Part shown: piece by piece, positions 1 through 13,833 of the stretch
Layout of the letters: the number at the start of each line of letters is the position of its first letter
Numbering within the stretch: position 1 is the stretch's first letter
Assembly: GCA_964016885.1 (NCBI GenBank)
Contig: OZ024751.1
Coordinates: forward strand, 13,640,001-13,704,000
Direction of reading: 5' to 3'
Source of the DNA: Eledone cirrhosa
Lineage: Eukaryota
Length of the DNA stretch: 64,000 nucleotides
The notes under the pieces: generated by a model
The model's input: only the letters and a program-made list of their open reading frames with translations
Told to the model about the DNA's origin: nothing
Databases searched by the model: none
Translations under genes and position numbers: made by a program

Positions 1-117
1 ACCATATATACACAATCACACATACACACATATATACTCGTTCACACATATACACACATGGGTATTTAGTTGATCGAACAACTGAATGCTCTTCGTCGAA
101 AACCGACGGAGGATCAA

Positions 118-191
118 TCATATATATTTATATATATGCGCGCGTGTGTGTGTGTATAAACATATGTATATATATATATAAATATATATGC

Positions 192-227
<36 letters not shown>

Positions 228-377
228 GCATGCATTCATGTGTGTATGTATATATGTATGCATAAATGCATGCACATGTACATACATATGTACACACAGA
301 TACATACATATGCGCATGTACACATATACACACATGTACATACATATGAATATATACTCATATACATGATATATATA

Positions 378-413
<36 letters not shown>

Positions 414-1497
414 TTTTAATGAATATATACATATACATATTTACATACACATATGCATGAATATATATATATATATGCATATATATTTATATATATATAT
501 GCATATATATATATGCATATATATTTATATATATATGCATATATATATGCATATATATATGCATATATATATGCATATATATATAAATATATATGCATAT
601 ATATATATGCATATATATATATAAATATATATGCATATATATATATGCATATATATATATAAATAAATATATATGCATATATATATATGCATATATATGC
701 ATATATATATATGCATATATATATATAAATATATATGCATATATATATATGCATATATATATATAAATATATATGCATATATATATATGCATATATATAT
801 ATAAATATATATGCATATATATATGCATATATATATATAAATATATATGCATATATATATATGCATATATATGCATATATATATATGCATATATATATAT
901 ATATATATATGCATATATATATATATATAAATATATATATGCATATATATATATGCATAAATATATATATATATATATATATATGCATATATATATATGC
1001 ATATATATATATATATATATGCATATATATATATGCATATATATATATACATATATATGCATATATATATATACATATATATATATATATGCATATATAT
1101 ATATGCATATATATATATATATATGCATATATATATATATGCATATATATATATATATATATGCATATATATATATATGCATATATATATATATATATAT
1201 ATGCATATATATATATGCATATATATATATATATATATATGCATATATATATATATGCATATATATATATATATATATATGCATATATATATATATGCAT
1301 ATATATATATATATATATGCATATATATATATATGCATATATATATATATATATATGCATATATATATATATATGCATATATATATATATAAATATATAT
1401 GCATATATATGCATATATATATATATATATATATATGTGCATATATATGCATATATATATATGCATATATATATATGCATATATATATATATATATA

Positions 1498-1531
<34 letters not shown>

Positions 1532-1577
1532 TATATATATATATATATATATGCATATATATATATATATATATATA

Positions 1578-1615
<38 letters not shown>

Positions 1616-1673
1616 TATATATATATATATATGCATATATATATATATATATGCATATATATATATATATATA

Positions 1674-1710
<37 letters not shown>
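118..1710. repeat. Compound (TA)n microsatellite with interspersed GC and AA, plus (TG)n
   Basis: Directly visible atgc(at)n and ataa(at)n units; overlapping YI-rich ORFs are artefacts. Confidence 0.97.
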
Positions 1711-1712
<2 letters not shown>

Positions 1713-1877
1713 CGTTTTTTCGGCTGTGCGAATGATTTTAAGCATTGTCTCTATGTGTTGGTAATTAAACGTTAGTTATAGCTCTGGTTTATCCAAACTA
1801 TTGAGTCCTTTTCCACGCATTTCGAAGATTGTGTTTCGTATTTCGTGGGCCGAGATTCCGATTCTCGATAATTTATT

Positions 1878-1879
<2 letters not shown>

Positions 1880-1937
<58 letters not shown>

Positions 1938-2237
1938 TATATATAAATATATATGCATATAAATATATATGCATATATATATATATATAAATATATATGC
2001 ATATATATATATATATAAATATATATGCATATATATATATATATAAATATATATGCATATATATATATATATATGCATATATATATATATATATATAAAT
2101 ATATATGCATATATATATATATAAATATATATGCATATATATATAAATATATATGCATATATATATATATATAAATATATATGCATATATATATATATAT
2201 AAATATATATGCATATATATATATATATAAATATATA

Positions 2238-2273
<36 letters not shown>

Positions 2274-2852
2274 TATATATATATATATATATATAAATAT
2301 ATATGCATATATATATATATATATATAAATATATATGCATATATATATATATATATAAATATATATGCATATATATATATATATAAATATATATGCATAT
2401 ATATATATATATAAATATATATGCATATATATATATATATATAAATATATATGCATATATGCATATATATATATATAAATATATATGCATATATATATAT
2501 ATAAATATATATGCATATATATATATAAATATATATGCATATATATATATATATATAAATATATATGCATATATATATATATAAATATATATGCATATAT
2601 ATATATATAAATATATATGCATATATATATATATATATAAATATATATGCATATATATATATAAAAATATATATGCATATATATATAAATATATATGCAT
2701 ATATATATAAATATATATGCATATATATATAAATATATATGCATATATATATATATATGCATATATGTATATATAAATATAAATATATATGTATATATAT
2801 ATAAATATATATGCATATATGTATATATAAATATATATGCATATATATATAT
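1880..2852. repeat. Compound (TA)n/ATGC/ATAA microsatellite
   Basis: Directly visible. Confidence 0.97.
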
Positions 2853-3057
2853 AAGTATGTACAGGTACATACATATATGTATACAGACGTACAGTAGTAT
2901 GTATATACATATACATACATGCACACATATATATATGTACGTATGGATTCACCGAACATTTATTATAATGCTCGGTGTGTTTGTAATCAAACATCCCGTA
3001 TTAAGCCGTAGTGTCCAGCAACCATCGTTGCTCGTTTGTTCAACACTGACAAAGGAA

Positions 3058-3098
3058 CGCTGTACTAGTTTCAATCTTATTAGCTATCGTCAGCAATG
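3058..3098 (-). ncRNA. Minimal hammerhead ribozyme-like motif
   Basis: Minus strand reads cattg-CTGACGA-tagctaataagatt-GAAAC-ta-GTA-cagcg; palindromic stem III ACTAGT; stems I and II imperfect. Confidence 0.6.
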
Positions 3099-3422
3099 TA
3101 TAGCTTCCTGCCAGATTGTTGAACGTATATACTTACCTTATGCATATTAACAGCTGAGTAGCCCAATTTGCATATCGAGTGGGTTAATCGGCCGGGTGCA
3201 CCGAAAACAATAAACGGAAAAAATGAAACGAAATTTAATTTCCCACTCTTAGTACGGGTGTTATTTAAATACAAGTATGTACACGTACATACATATATGT
3301 ATACAGACATTATAATAAATGTTCGGTGAACCCATACGTGCATATATATATGTGTGCATGTATGTACATATACATACTACTGTACGTCTGTATATATATA
3401 TATGTATGTACGTGTACATACT

Positions 3423-3456
<34 letters not shown>

Positions 3457-3719
3457 GCTTCAGAATATATATATATATATATATATAGCTTCAGAATGAA
3501 TTGAAATGAACATTTACAACAACAACAACAGCGGCATCAAACGATAAAAAAATACAAAAAGAAAACAAACAAAAAACTCAAAATTACAAAACACACACAC
3601 ACATACGCACACAACACAACACAACAACAACATCAACTGCCACCACCACCACTACCACCGCCGCCATCACCATCACCAGCGACCGGGCCATAAGAAAACA
3701 ACAACCTTAATAATAATAA

Positions 3720-3870
3720 TTTTTCTACTTTTGGCACGGATCCAGCGACTGGCCCAGCGCATTACTGGTACTCTCTTTTGTTGACCTCGTAGGGATGAAA
3801 GGCAAGGTTGACCTCGGCAGGATTTGAGCTCAGAGCGTGGAGAGCCATAGCTCTATGCTGTAAAGCAATT
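3720..3870 (-). mobile_element. tRNA-derived SINE, degenerate copy
   Basis: Reverse complement of the B box and body gatgaaaggcaaggttgacctcggc shared with other copies in the window. Confidence 0.8.
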
Positions 3871-4720
3871 ATAATAATACTGAACTGTAACACGAACGGC
3901 TTCAACTATACGAACTCTTGAAAGTCAACAGTTGACGTAATCTTGTAATCTTGTATCAGTAATGACGGTAATATATATATATATATATGTGTGTTTGTAA
4001 GTTAGAAGCGTGTGTGTGTTTGTTTGTATGTATGAGTGTTGCTGTGTGCGAGAGTATGTATGTGTGTGTGTGCGCGTGTGTATATGTCGTACGTATAAGT
4101 GTCAATAAGTGAGTTTTTTTTTTTTGCGCGCGCGAGTATATAGAAATAATCGGGCTGGATGCCCGATCGCGCAGTTAAACCGCTGGGGGTGAAGGACCCC
4201 TAGCCCTTGTCAGGGCATTCTTCTAGGAGAAGGCATCTCAGGAAACTGGGTCAATTCCGACATAAAACCTGCGGCTCAGTAGTTACCGATGATGTTGATC
4301 TTTTCTTCTTTTCGGGTTATAGCGACTGTCGCTCAGAGAGTGGGATTGGCTCAGTGCACAGTCTTTCCTCACTTTAAAAATATTCGTCACGCACAGGCAT
4401 TGCACGATTGCATTAATTAATAATTATTGATAGTGTATTATTATTATTATTATTATTATTATTGTTATTATTATTGTTATTATTATTGTTATTATTATTG
4501 TTATTCTTTGAGTCTCAGTCATTGATGTTAGTTAACTGGAAAGTTTGTTGAAATGAATATCAAGCCACTACCTGCAGCCTCAGATATTCAGGACGTGTGG
4601 ATCACCCTGCCCATCACATCATGTCTCCAGCCCTTATAGTGAGTCTGGGCTAGGTGTTTACATTATTATCATTATCGTTACTATTATTATTACTTTTTTT
4701 TCTTTTTTTTTCCTAATTCA

Positions 4721-5599
4721 ATGATGTTCCAGAACAATATAAAAGAGATAATTGGCAATTTAGGTTCTGGAACAAAAAAGATAATTGGCAATAAGGGCAG
4801 GGGCCACATGTTATCACAGCCTAGGCCCGCTCGTCATCGTGCCATTGTAATAGAGCCAAACAAGGCATTTAGTCTTGGCTGCTGGAACGTACGGACGCTG
4901 CTTGACAGGGATTACTTGGAGCGTCCTGAACGAAGGACCGCTCTTGTTGCAAAGGAGATTCGACGTTACGATCTTGACATCGTGGCTTTATCTGAGACGA
5001 GGTTAGCTGGAGATGGTCATCTTACAGAATTTTGTGGAAAATATACATTCTTCTGGAAAGGAAGAGATGAAGGAACCAGAAGAGAGGCTGGGGTACCATT
5101 TGCTGTTAAGACTGTTCTTGTGAATAAATTAGAATTCCCAGTAGGGATTAGTGAGCGTCTTATGTCCATGAGAATTCCGCTGGACAAAGGAAGATATACG
5201 GCCCTGGTGAGTGTGTATGCTCCAACTATGAATTCTGTCGATGAAGAAAAAGTGTCCTTTTACCATGCCTTGAAAGGTGTTTTAAGAAATATCCCTCAGG
5301 CAGACAAAGTCATCGTGCTTGGTGACTTAAATGCTAGAGTGGGTAGGGATTTTAACACATGGAATGTAATCGGAAGGCATGGGGTGGGAAAGTGTAACAA
5401 CAATGGTATGCTCCTGCTGCAGATGTGTGAGGAGCTGGATCTGTGTGTTACCAACAACATGTTCCAACAAAAGAACAAATTCAAGACCACATGGATGCAT
5501 CCTGCATCTAAGGAATGGAATCTTTTGGACTACGTGCTAGTCAGGATGCGTGACAGACAGGATGTGGAGTGTGTTCGTGCTCTTCGTGGAGCTGAGTGA
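4721..5599 (+). pseudogene. RTE ORF, apurinic-like endonuclease domain
   Basis: Motifs GCWNVRTL, IVALSETR, VYAPT, LGDLNARVG, LDYVLV; premature TGA just before the TDHRLV motif. Confidence 0.93.
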
Positions 5600-5996
5600 G
5601 GGACGGACCACCGCCTGGTACGCGCAAAAGTGAAACTAATCACTAAAGGTAAAATCCGGGCTCCTGGTGTTGCCCTGCCCAAAAGATTGAATGATGCTCG
5701 TCTTAAGGATAAAAATGTGAAGAGGACATTGCAAGAAGATATGCAGGCTGCAGATCTTGGTGAGGATAGGCCGACCCTGAAAAAGTCGGTTTATGATGTA
5801 GGCAGGCGTGTGCTGGGATTGGTGCAGAGAAAACATTAGGTCTGGTTTAATGAGAATGATGTACATATAGAAGACTTGTTGGCCGATAAGAGGCGTGCTC
5901 TGTCACGCTACTTGACGGCAAAACCACAAGAGAGGAGTACGTTGCATGAGGAACTCAAGGATGTAAAAATCACGTGTTAAGCGGAGTCTTTCTCGG

Positions 5997-7789
5997 ATGA
6001 AGGATCAGTGGTGGAGTGAGAAGGCTGATGAGATACAAACTGCGTCAGATTCCCATAACACAAAGCTGTTGTACAGTCTCTTGCATGAAGTTTATGGACC
6101 GTCTTCTCTGGTGACACCGCTTCGCAGCAAGGATGGCAAAGAACTTCTTCGTGACTCACAAGGAATTCTTCGTGACTCACAAGGAATTCTACGAAGGTGG
6201 CGAGAGCACTTTGATGATCTTTTGAATCAGCCGTCTGTCGTCAATGAAGATTTCCTCAATCTCATTCCAGAAAGTCCCGTGAAAGTAGCTCTCGCAGAAC
6301 CTCCGACGCTTGTGGAGGTTGCAGTGGCTATCTCGAATCTGAACAGTGGAAGGTCTCCAGGTATGGATGGCATACATGCTGAGCTCCTAGAATATGGTGG
6401 TGAGAGACTCCTGCAACATATTCACTCTTTGTTTGGCAGGATATGGGCTAATGAATCCGTACCTGAGGACTGGAGAGATGCAGTAATGGTGGTCTTGTAC
6501 AAGGGAAAGGGTAACAGGAATGATTGTGGGAACTACAGAGGTATATCATTGCTTTCTGTCGTAGGGACAGTTTTATTTAGGGTGCTTCTGGACCGTCTGC
6601 TGACACACATTGCAGATTGTGTTCTTCCTGAAAGTCAATCTGGTTTTCGTGCTGGACGCGGCACTACTGATATGATCTTCTCAGCTAGACAGCTCGAGAA
6701 GTGCATGGAACAAGGCTTGGATCTGTATCAGGTTTTTGTCGATCTGACAAAAGCTTTCGATACTGTTAACAGAAATGCATTATGGAAGGTTCTCCAGAAA
6801 CTTGGCTGCCCTGATAAGTTCCTTGCTTTAGTTAGGTCTTTCCATGAAGACATGAAGGCTTGGGTTAATGTCGGAGGTAACATGTCGGAGCCTATCTCAG
6901 TAAAAAATGGAGTGAAACAGGGGGATATTCCAGCACCGACCCTGTTTGCCATCTACTTTGCAATGGTTTTCTGTATTGCATTCAGGAATTGCTAGCATGG
7001 TGTTTACATCCGATATCGAACCTCAGGCACTTTGCTGCAAAGACAAAAGTATTTACATCAATCATAAGAGACCTCTTGTATGTAGATGATTGCGATCTTG
7101 TAGCGCACACAGAGAGTGATATGCAGCACATTTTGAATGCATTTTCTGACGCTTGCACTGCCCTAGGATTGACTGTCAGTCTCAAGAAAACCGTCGTCAT
7201 GTACCAACCTGCCCCTGGTAAGCAGTACAGTGAACCAAATATCTATGTGTATGGTAAACGACTTGGAGTGGTTGATCAGTTTGTCTACCTAGGAAGCACT
7301 GTCAATCGATACAGCAACCTTGATAGTAAAATCTCACTTAGGATTAGGAAAGCAAGTGATGCGTTCGGAAAGCTAGAAAGGCGACTCTGGGGTTGGCGAG
7401 ACATATGCAAGAAGACAAAGGTAAAGGTGTACAAGGCATGTGTGCTCTCTTCTCTTCTTTATGCCGACGAGACCTTGGTCAGATATCGACACTACCTTAA
7501 TCAATTGGAGCGTTTCCATCAGATGTGTCTCAGACGGATCCATGGCGTTCACTGGAGGGACCACATCAGTGATGTCGAGATTTTGGAAAGCTCTATGTGT
7601 GACAGTATAGAAACTCTTGTGCTTAAGCAACGACTCCGTTGGAGTGGTCACCTTGCCAGGATGAAGGATTCTAGAATACCAAAACAACTCTTTTATGGAG
7701 AGTTAGTTAAAGGAAAACGACCGCCACATAAACCAAAAAAGAGGTATAAGGATTCCTTGAAAGCCGCTAACATCTCTGCTGATACATGA
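5997..7789 (+). pseudogene. RTE ORF, reverse transcriptase domain (frameshifted near 6990-7020)
   Basis: NYRGISLL, QSGFR, FVDLTKAFDTV, GVKQGD, LYVDD, YLGS, LRWSGHLARM; 21-bp internal duplication at about 6145-6190. Confidence 0.95.
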
Positions 7790-7890
7790 ACAAATATTGC
7801 TGCTGTTCGTAATAAATGGGGAAAGACTGTATATGAGGGAAAAGTTGCCTTTGAGGCATCTCGAATCGCTACAAGAAAGTAAAGCGGGAT

Positions 7891-8247
7891 GTGAGGAAGG
7901 GCATTGCTGTTGCACTTCCAGACGGCGAGGGTCCTCCTATAGTAATGACATGCAGCGTCTGTGCGAGACTCTGCCTAAGCAAAGCTGGACTCAAAAGTCA
8001 TCTTCGCAGTCATAAAGTAAGACCAGTGGTTGACTACCAGGATGCTATTAGATATGCTTCTCATCATGCTTGCCAGGCATGTGGTAGAGAATGTAAATCA
8101 GCAGGAGGGCTCAAACGACATGCAAAAGTACACGAACTCCAACCACAGCCGACTATTCCCAGTGAATGTTTTGGTTGCCGACTCTGTACAAGACATTTTA
8201 GATCATTGGCTGGGCTAAAAAGCCACATTCGATCGCAGCGCTGTTAG
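7891..8247 (+). pseudogene. RTE ORF C-terminus with three C2H2-type zinc fingers
   Basis: CSVC-x12-HLRSH, CQAC-x12-HAKVH, CRLC-x12-HIRSQ. Confidence 0.85.
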
Positions 8248-8397
8248 TTGCTATCGTGTGTGTGTGTATAGATGTTTATGTGTGTGTATGTATATTATTA
8301 TTATTAATATATATGTATATATATTTTTTTTTCTCGTGCAATGGCCATACTCGATAACGAGGGGGCAGCCATCATATATATATATATATATGCATTA

Positions 8398-8597
8398 TGT
8401 CAGGTCACTCTTGAGTGCTACTGGTAACATGTAAACCAGTACAACCTGTCGCATGGTCGGGTCGTTGGCGACTAAACTGGCAACCCCACCAAGTTTACTT
8501 GGTGAGGAGGGTGATTTTGGACACCATGCAGGACAAAAAACAAAACCTGACAAAGGGCGAAAGAACTCATAAGAGTCAACGGCCATCCAAAAATGTG
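8398..8597 (+). mobile_element. 5' segment of a non-autonomous RTE-related family
   Basis: Matches 40344-40505 and the reverse complement of 44050-44235. Confidence 0.75.
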
Positions 8598-8664
8598 TAA
8601 ATATGTATATACACTTGTACATATGTATGTGTACGTATATATGTGTGTATATGCCTGGGCTGTC

Positions 8665-9382
8665 AGGGAGGAGCATGTACCTCTGTAGGGAGGGCTAGCC
8701 ATGCCCTTTTCAGGACAGCTCGTCTTGCATTGGGTCCCACCTGACACTCAGCTCTCACCTGTGGCCCCAAGAAGCTGTAGCATGCGACAGCGGCCACACC
8801 CTGGTAAACCGCCTCGGCTGGCGGGCCGAACCAGGTTGAGGGTAGCCTGGTGGGTCTGAAACCACCCGGTGAGTTAGATAGGGGATTCCTGCCCCTGCAT
8901 GCGAACACTGGACCCGGCGGAGTTAGAGGAGGAGGACAACATCGTCCCAACGGTCACAAAGGCGGCGACAGCAAGCGGTGTGGAGTGCTAGGGCACGGCA
9001 AGGCACTACAGACGTTGTGACCATCCACTGCAGCCAAGGAAGTTCCTGGTCGTGACGGTCCTCCGTACCACCGGATTCTGGCTTCTGCGGCCGAGTGAGT
9101 GGGACCGTCACTGTGCACTGGCCCTCCCACTATAAACCTTTCCCGCACAGGTTTCTACTTTAGCGTGCACTCCCAAAGCCCTGCAGCGATGGACGAGAGG
9201 TGGAGGTAACAGGTGAAGGTAACTTCTCGGAGTTGCTAGTCTGACTCCAGTCTCTTCCCCTGCCCCCACTGTCCCCGGACCTGCAAGTCAAGGATAGGTC
9301 TCCACAACCACCTTCGTGCCCACGGCAGACGGGAACAACAATAAAGAAGATGTCATCATCGTTTACGAAGGACAACCAAGAT
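8665..9382 (+). mobile_element. Internally deleted RTE (structured 5' UTR joined to terminal zinc finger and 3' tail)
   Basis: 9261-9344 encodes CPHCPRTCKSRIGLHNHLRAHGRREQQ*; RTE-type tail gtcatcatcgtttacgaaggacaacc; GC-rich 5' UTR-like front part. Confidence 0.8.
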
Positions 9383-9385
9383 ATA

Positions 9386-9425
<40 letters not shown>

Positions 9426-9735
9426 CATATACACATATATATATACGCATATACACATATATATGCGCATATACACATATATATGCGCATATACACATAT
9501 ATACACGCATATACACATATATACACGCATATATACATATATACACGCATATATACATATATACACGCATATATACATATATACACGCATATATACATAT
9601 ATACACGCATATATACATATATACACGCATATATACATATATACATATATATATACGCATATATATACGCATATATACATATATATACACATATATATGT
9701 GTAATATATACATATGTATACGTATATATATATTT
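9383..9735. repeat. 20-bp TA-derived minisatellite (atacacgcatatatacatat)
   Basis: Directly visible. Confidence 0.9.
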
Positions 9736-9978
9736 AAGTGATGGTAAAGGAAGCTCCTAGACTTGTGCTTATATAAGCAAGTGATCTTCACAGTATGAGT
9801 CCAAAAGTTAATAGTTTGAATGATATGTAATATGAGAAATACTTCTATATTCCTTTTCTAATGTCTAGCACCTGTGACACCATACTTACTTACAAAACAT
9901 GTTTTATTTGGTCCTTCTCCAAAAATATGTACTTCTGATTACAGGAAACTAAATGGCTCGATGTTTTGCCTCCGCCCC

Positions 9979-10643
<665 letters not shown>

Positions 10644-10949
10644 AAACAAAACCAATGAAATAGAATATATCTCAGCAATGAAATAATTAAAGTTACAATT
10701 AAAAGTACCCACGATGTGCCATTATTATTACTACTATGACTACTACTACTACTACCACCACCACTCCAACCACTACTGTTGCCATAACGTATCAAACTAT
10801 CATATACTAATCTGTACCAGTCAACTACTGGGGACTGAGGTAATACAATCAACTATATTCTTCACCAAAAATGCGTTGGCCTGTATCTTAGAAATGAGAA
10901 CAGACGTGGATCTCTGTCAATCAGATGACCTAAGAGGGTGCTGTATTTG

Positions 10950-12530
10950 ATATGTAGCCTGAGCCTATTACTAATTTAGAGGCAGGGTGTACTACATTTC
11001 ACATCTGTATGTGCCTATTTGCACCTGGTGGAGGGGGGGGGGGGGGGGGGGGCTGCTACATTTTACATCTGGCCTAGGCTTATTACTAGTTTGGTGGGTG
11101 GAGTACGACGTTTCACATCTGGCCTGGGTTATAGCACTCTCACAATCAAGCTAGAAATAAGTCACATTTTACATCTGGCCAGGGTTATTACACTCCGACC
11201 ATCAAACTAGTAATAGGCAACATTTTACATCTGGCGAGGGTTATTACCCCCCCCCCCCCCATCAAGCTAGTAATGTGTTACATTTTACATCTTGCTAGGG
11301 TTATAGCAACCCCACCCCGAAGCTAGTAATGTGCAACATTTTACATCTGGCCTGGGTTATAGCACCCTCACACACAAGCTAGTACTGTGCAACATTTTAC
11401 ATCTGGCGAGGGTTATAGCACCTTCACTCTCAATCTAGTAATAGGCCCAAGTCACATTTTACATGTGGCCTGGGCCTATTATTTAGCTTGGGGGTGGGGT
11501 GGCAACATTTAACATCTGGCGTGGGCTTGTTACCAGTTTAAGGGATGGGGCTCCCACATTTCACACATGGTTTGGGTGTGTTACCAGACTTGCACGGACC
11601 TACGCAGAAGTGTGGCGCTGTAAACCAGATGACATGGGTCTCTCATTTTACATCTGGCCTATGCCTATTACCAGTGTGGGGGGGTTGTTACGTTTTACAT
11701 CTGGCCTGTGCCTATTACCAGTTCAGGGGTGCTACATTTTACACCCGGATTGGGCCTATTGTCAGTTTGGAGGTGCTACATTTTACATCTGGCCTGGGTT
11801 TATTACTAGCTTTAAGAGCCTCTATTTTACATCTGGTTTGGGCCTATTGCCGGTTTCCTTCAGAGACGGAGGTAATAACCCTTTAAAGAGAGTTGCAGAG
11901 GAGATTGAGGGTAGTGAGAGGAATGAAGCGTGTAAGAGAGAGAGGGTTATCAAAGTTTGTGTCGCGTTCCTTCAGAGACGGAAGCAGGTATTATATTTAT
12001 GCCCTGACCAGTTTGGGGAGTGGGTGTGCTACATTTGACATCTAGCCTGGTGTGTGGTATATGTTACGTATGATTTGGGCTTACTATTAGTCTCAGGAGC
12101 CTACATTTCACATCTGGCCTGGGCTCATTGTCAGTTTGGGAGTGTTACATTTTATATCTGGCCTGGGTTTATTACTAGCTTTAAGTACTTACATTTTACA
12201 TCTGGCTTGGGCCTATTACCAGTTTGGTGGTAAGGTGGGGGTGTTACATTTTACATCCGGTCCAGGCCTATTATCAGTTTGGTGGCGGGGTGGGAGTGTT
12301 GCTACATTTTACATCTGGGCCGGGCCTATTCCCAGTTTGGAGGTTAGGGTGAGGGACGTTGCTACATTTTACATCTGGCTTGGGTGGACCCATTGCCAGT
12401 TTGAAGGTGGGATGGTGGCGGTGCTAAAATTCACATCAGCTTGGGCCCATTGCCAGTTTGAAGGTGGGATGGCGGCGCTGCTACATTTTACATCCGGCCC
12501 GGGCCTATTGCCAACCTCGCACTGGCCTAC
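10950..12530. repeat. Degenerate minisatellite of about 45-55 bp (core gctacattttacatctggcctgggcctattaccagtttg plus G-rich variable linker)
   Basis: More than 20 recognisable cores; interrupted at about 11855-12000. Confidence 0.88.
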
Positions 12531-12748
12531 TTAGAAATCAATACTTATTTATTCTGGCCCTACCCTCCACCCTCCACGACACCACACCACACCCATGTTT
12601 TCTCTCTTCTCTTTATCTCTTAAACTCGTCTATCGAAATATCCTATTTGAACATTTAAGAAAGCAAAAAGAAAAGGTCGGGTCAAAAACAACAACAAAAG
12701 AAACGAAAGAATTAATGGTTTCTTTTGCTTAATTCTATAGGTTAAATA

Positions 12749-12852
12749 CAGGGTGTCCCAATAAAATGTATACATACATTCTTCAACAGCATTCTAATAA
12801 ATATTGCCTGTACAGGTAATTAGAGTGTGTATACATTTTTGGGGACAGCCTG
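12749..12852. mobile_element. About 100-bp Tc1/mariner-type MITE
   Basis: TIRs cagggtgtccca / ggggacagcctg flanked by TA; further copies at 22075-22174, 43565-43664, 52118-52217 and partial at 29310-29392, 43265-43348. Confidence 0.8.
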
Positions 12853-13098
12853 TATATGTGTTACCTTTGTTAGTATAATAGGGTGAAGAATAGTAAGGAC
12901 GTGTAATAATAAGGGAGCTGATAGACGGTGGGATAGGCCAGTATTTATGTAAATAGGGTCAGGTTTTGTCACTAACCTCACCCTAACCTCTCCCCAGGGT
13001 CTCTTGCTTGTCTTACATGTTAACTGTGAATGGATTGTTACAGAAAGGACGTCGTTGTGTAATATAGCAATCAAACAGGTTAACCTTTTTACTTGGGG

Positions 13099-13597
<499 letters not shown>

Positions 13598-13833
13598 TTG
13601 AAGTGTAGTGTATGTATTATATAAGTATGTCTAAAAATAGGTGTATGTGGGTGTATGTAAGTATGATGTTTGTTTTTACAGCTGGCTCAGTTGATTAGGA
13701 TGTCAAACGACTAACCAAACAGTCAACAGTTCACATCCTTACACAGCACTAATAGATTCATTACTATAACCTTTAACACTTGCTGACCCTAGCCTAGTTA
13801 AAAACCTCCATAATCACCACCAAGGTGGCAAAT

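Larger units (their letters stand above)
4151..8375 (+). mobile_element. Near full-length RTE-clade LINE, disabled
   Basis: 5' UTR, APE endonuclease, RT, C-terminal C2H2 fingers and 3' tail atggccatactcgataacgagggggcagccatcat ending in a TA tract. Confidence 0.93.

Noticed and set aside
114-2994. Long ORFs of 300-420 aa rich in Y/I/H/C/M
   Set aside because: Translations of TA-based microsatellites; the same applies to all CV, HT, ER, SL, poly-V/T/L ORFs in the window
6020-6045. CTGATGA inside the RTE ORF
   Set aside because: Coding sequence (KADE) without flanking stems or GAAA; chance match
10950-12530. CRISPR array
   Set aside because: Eukaryotic context, degenerate repeats, short low-complexity linkers, no cas genes
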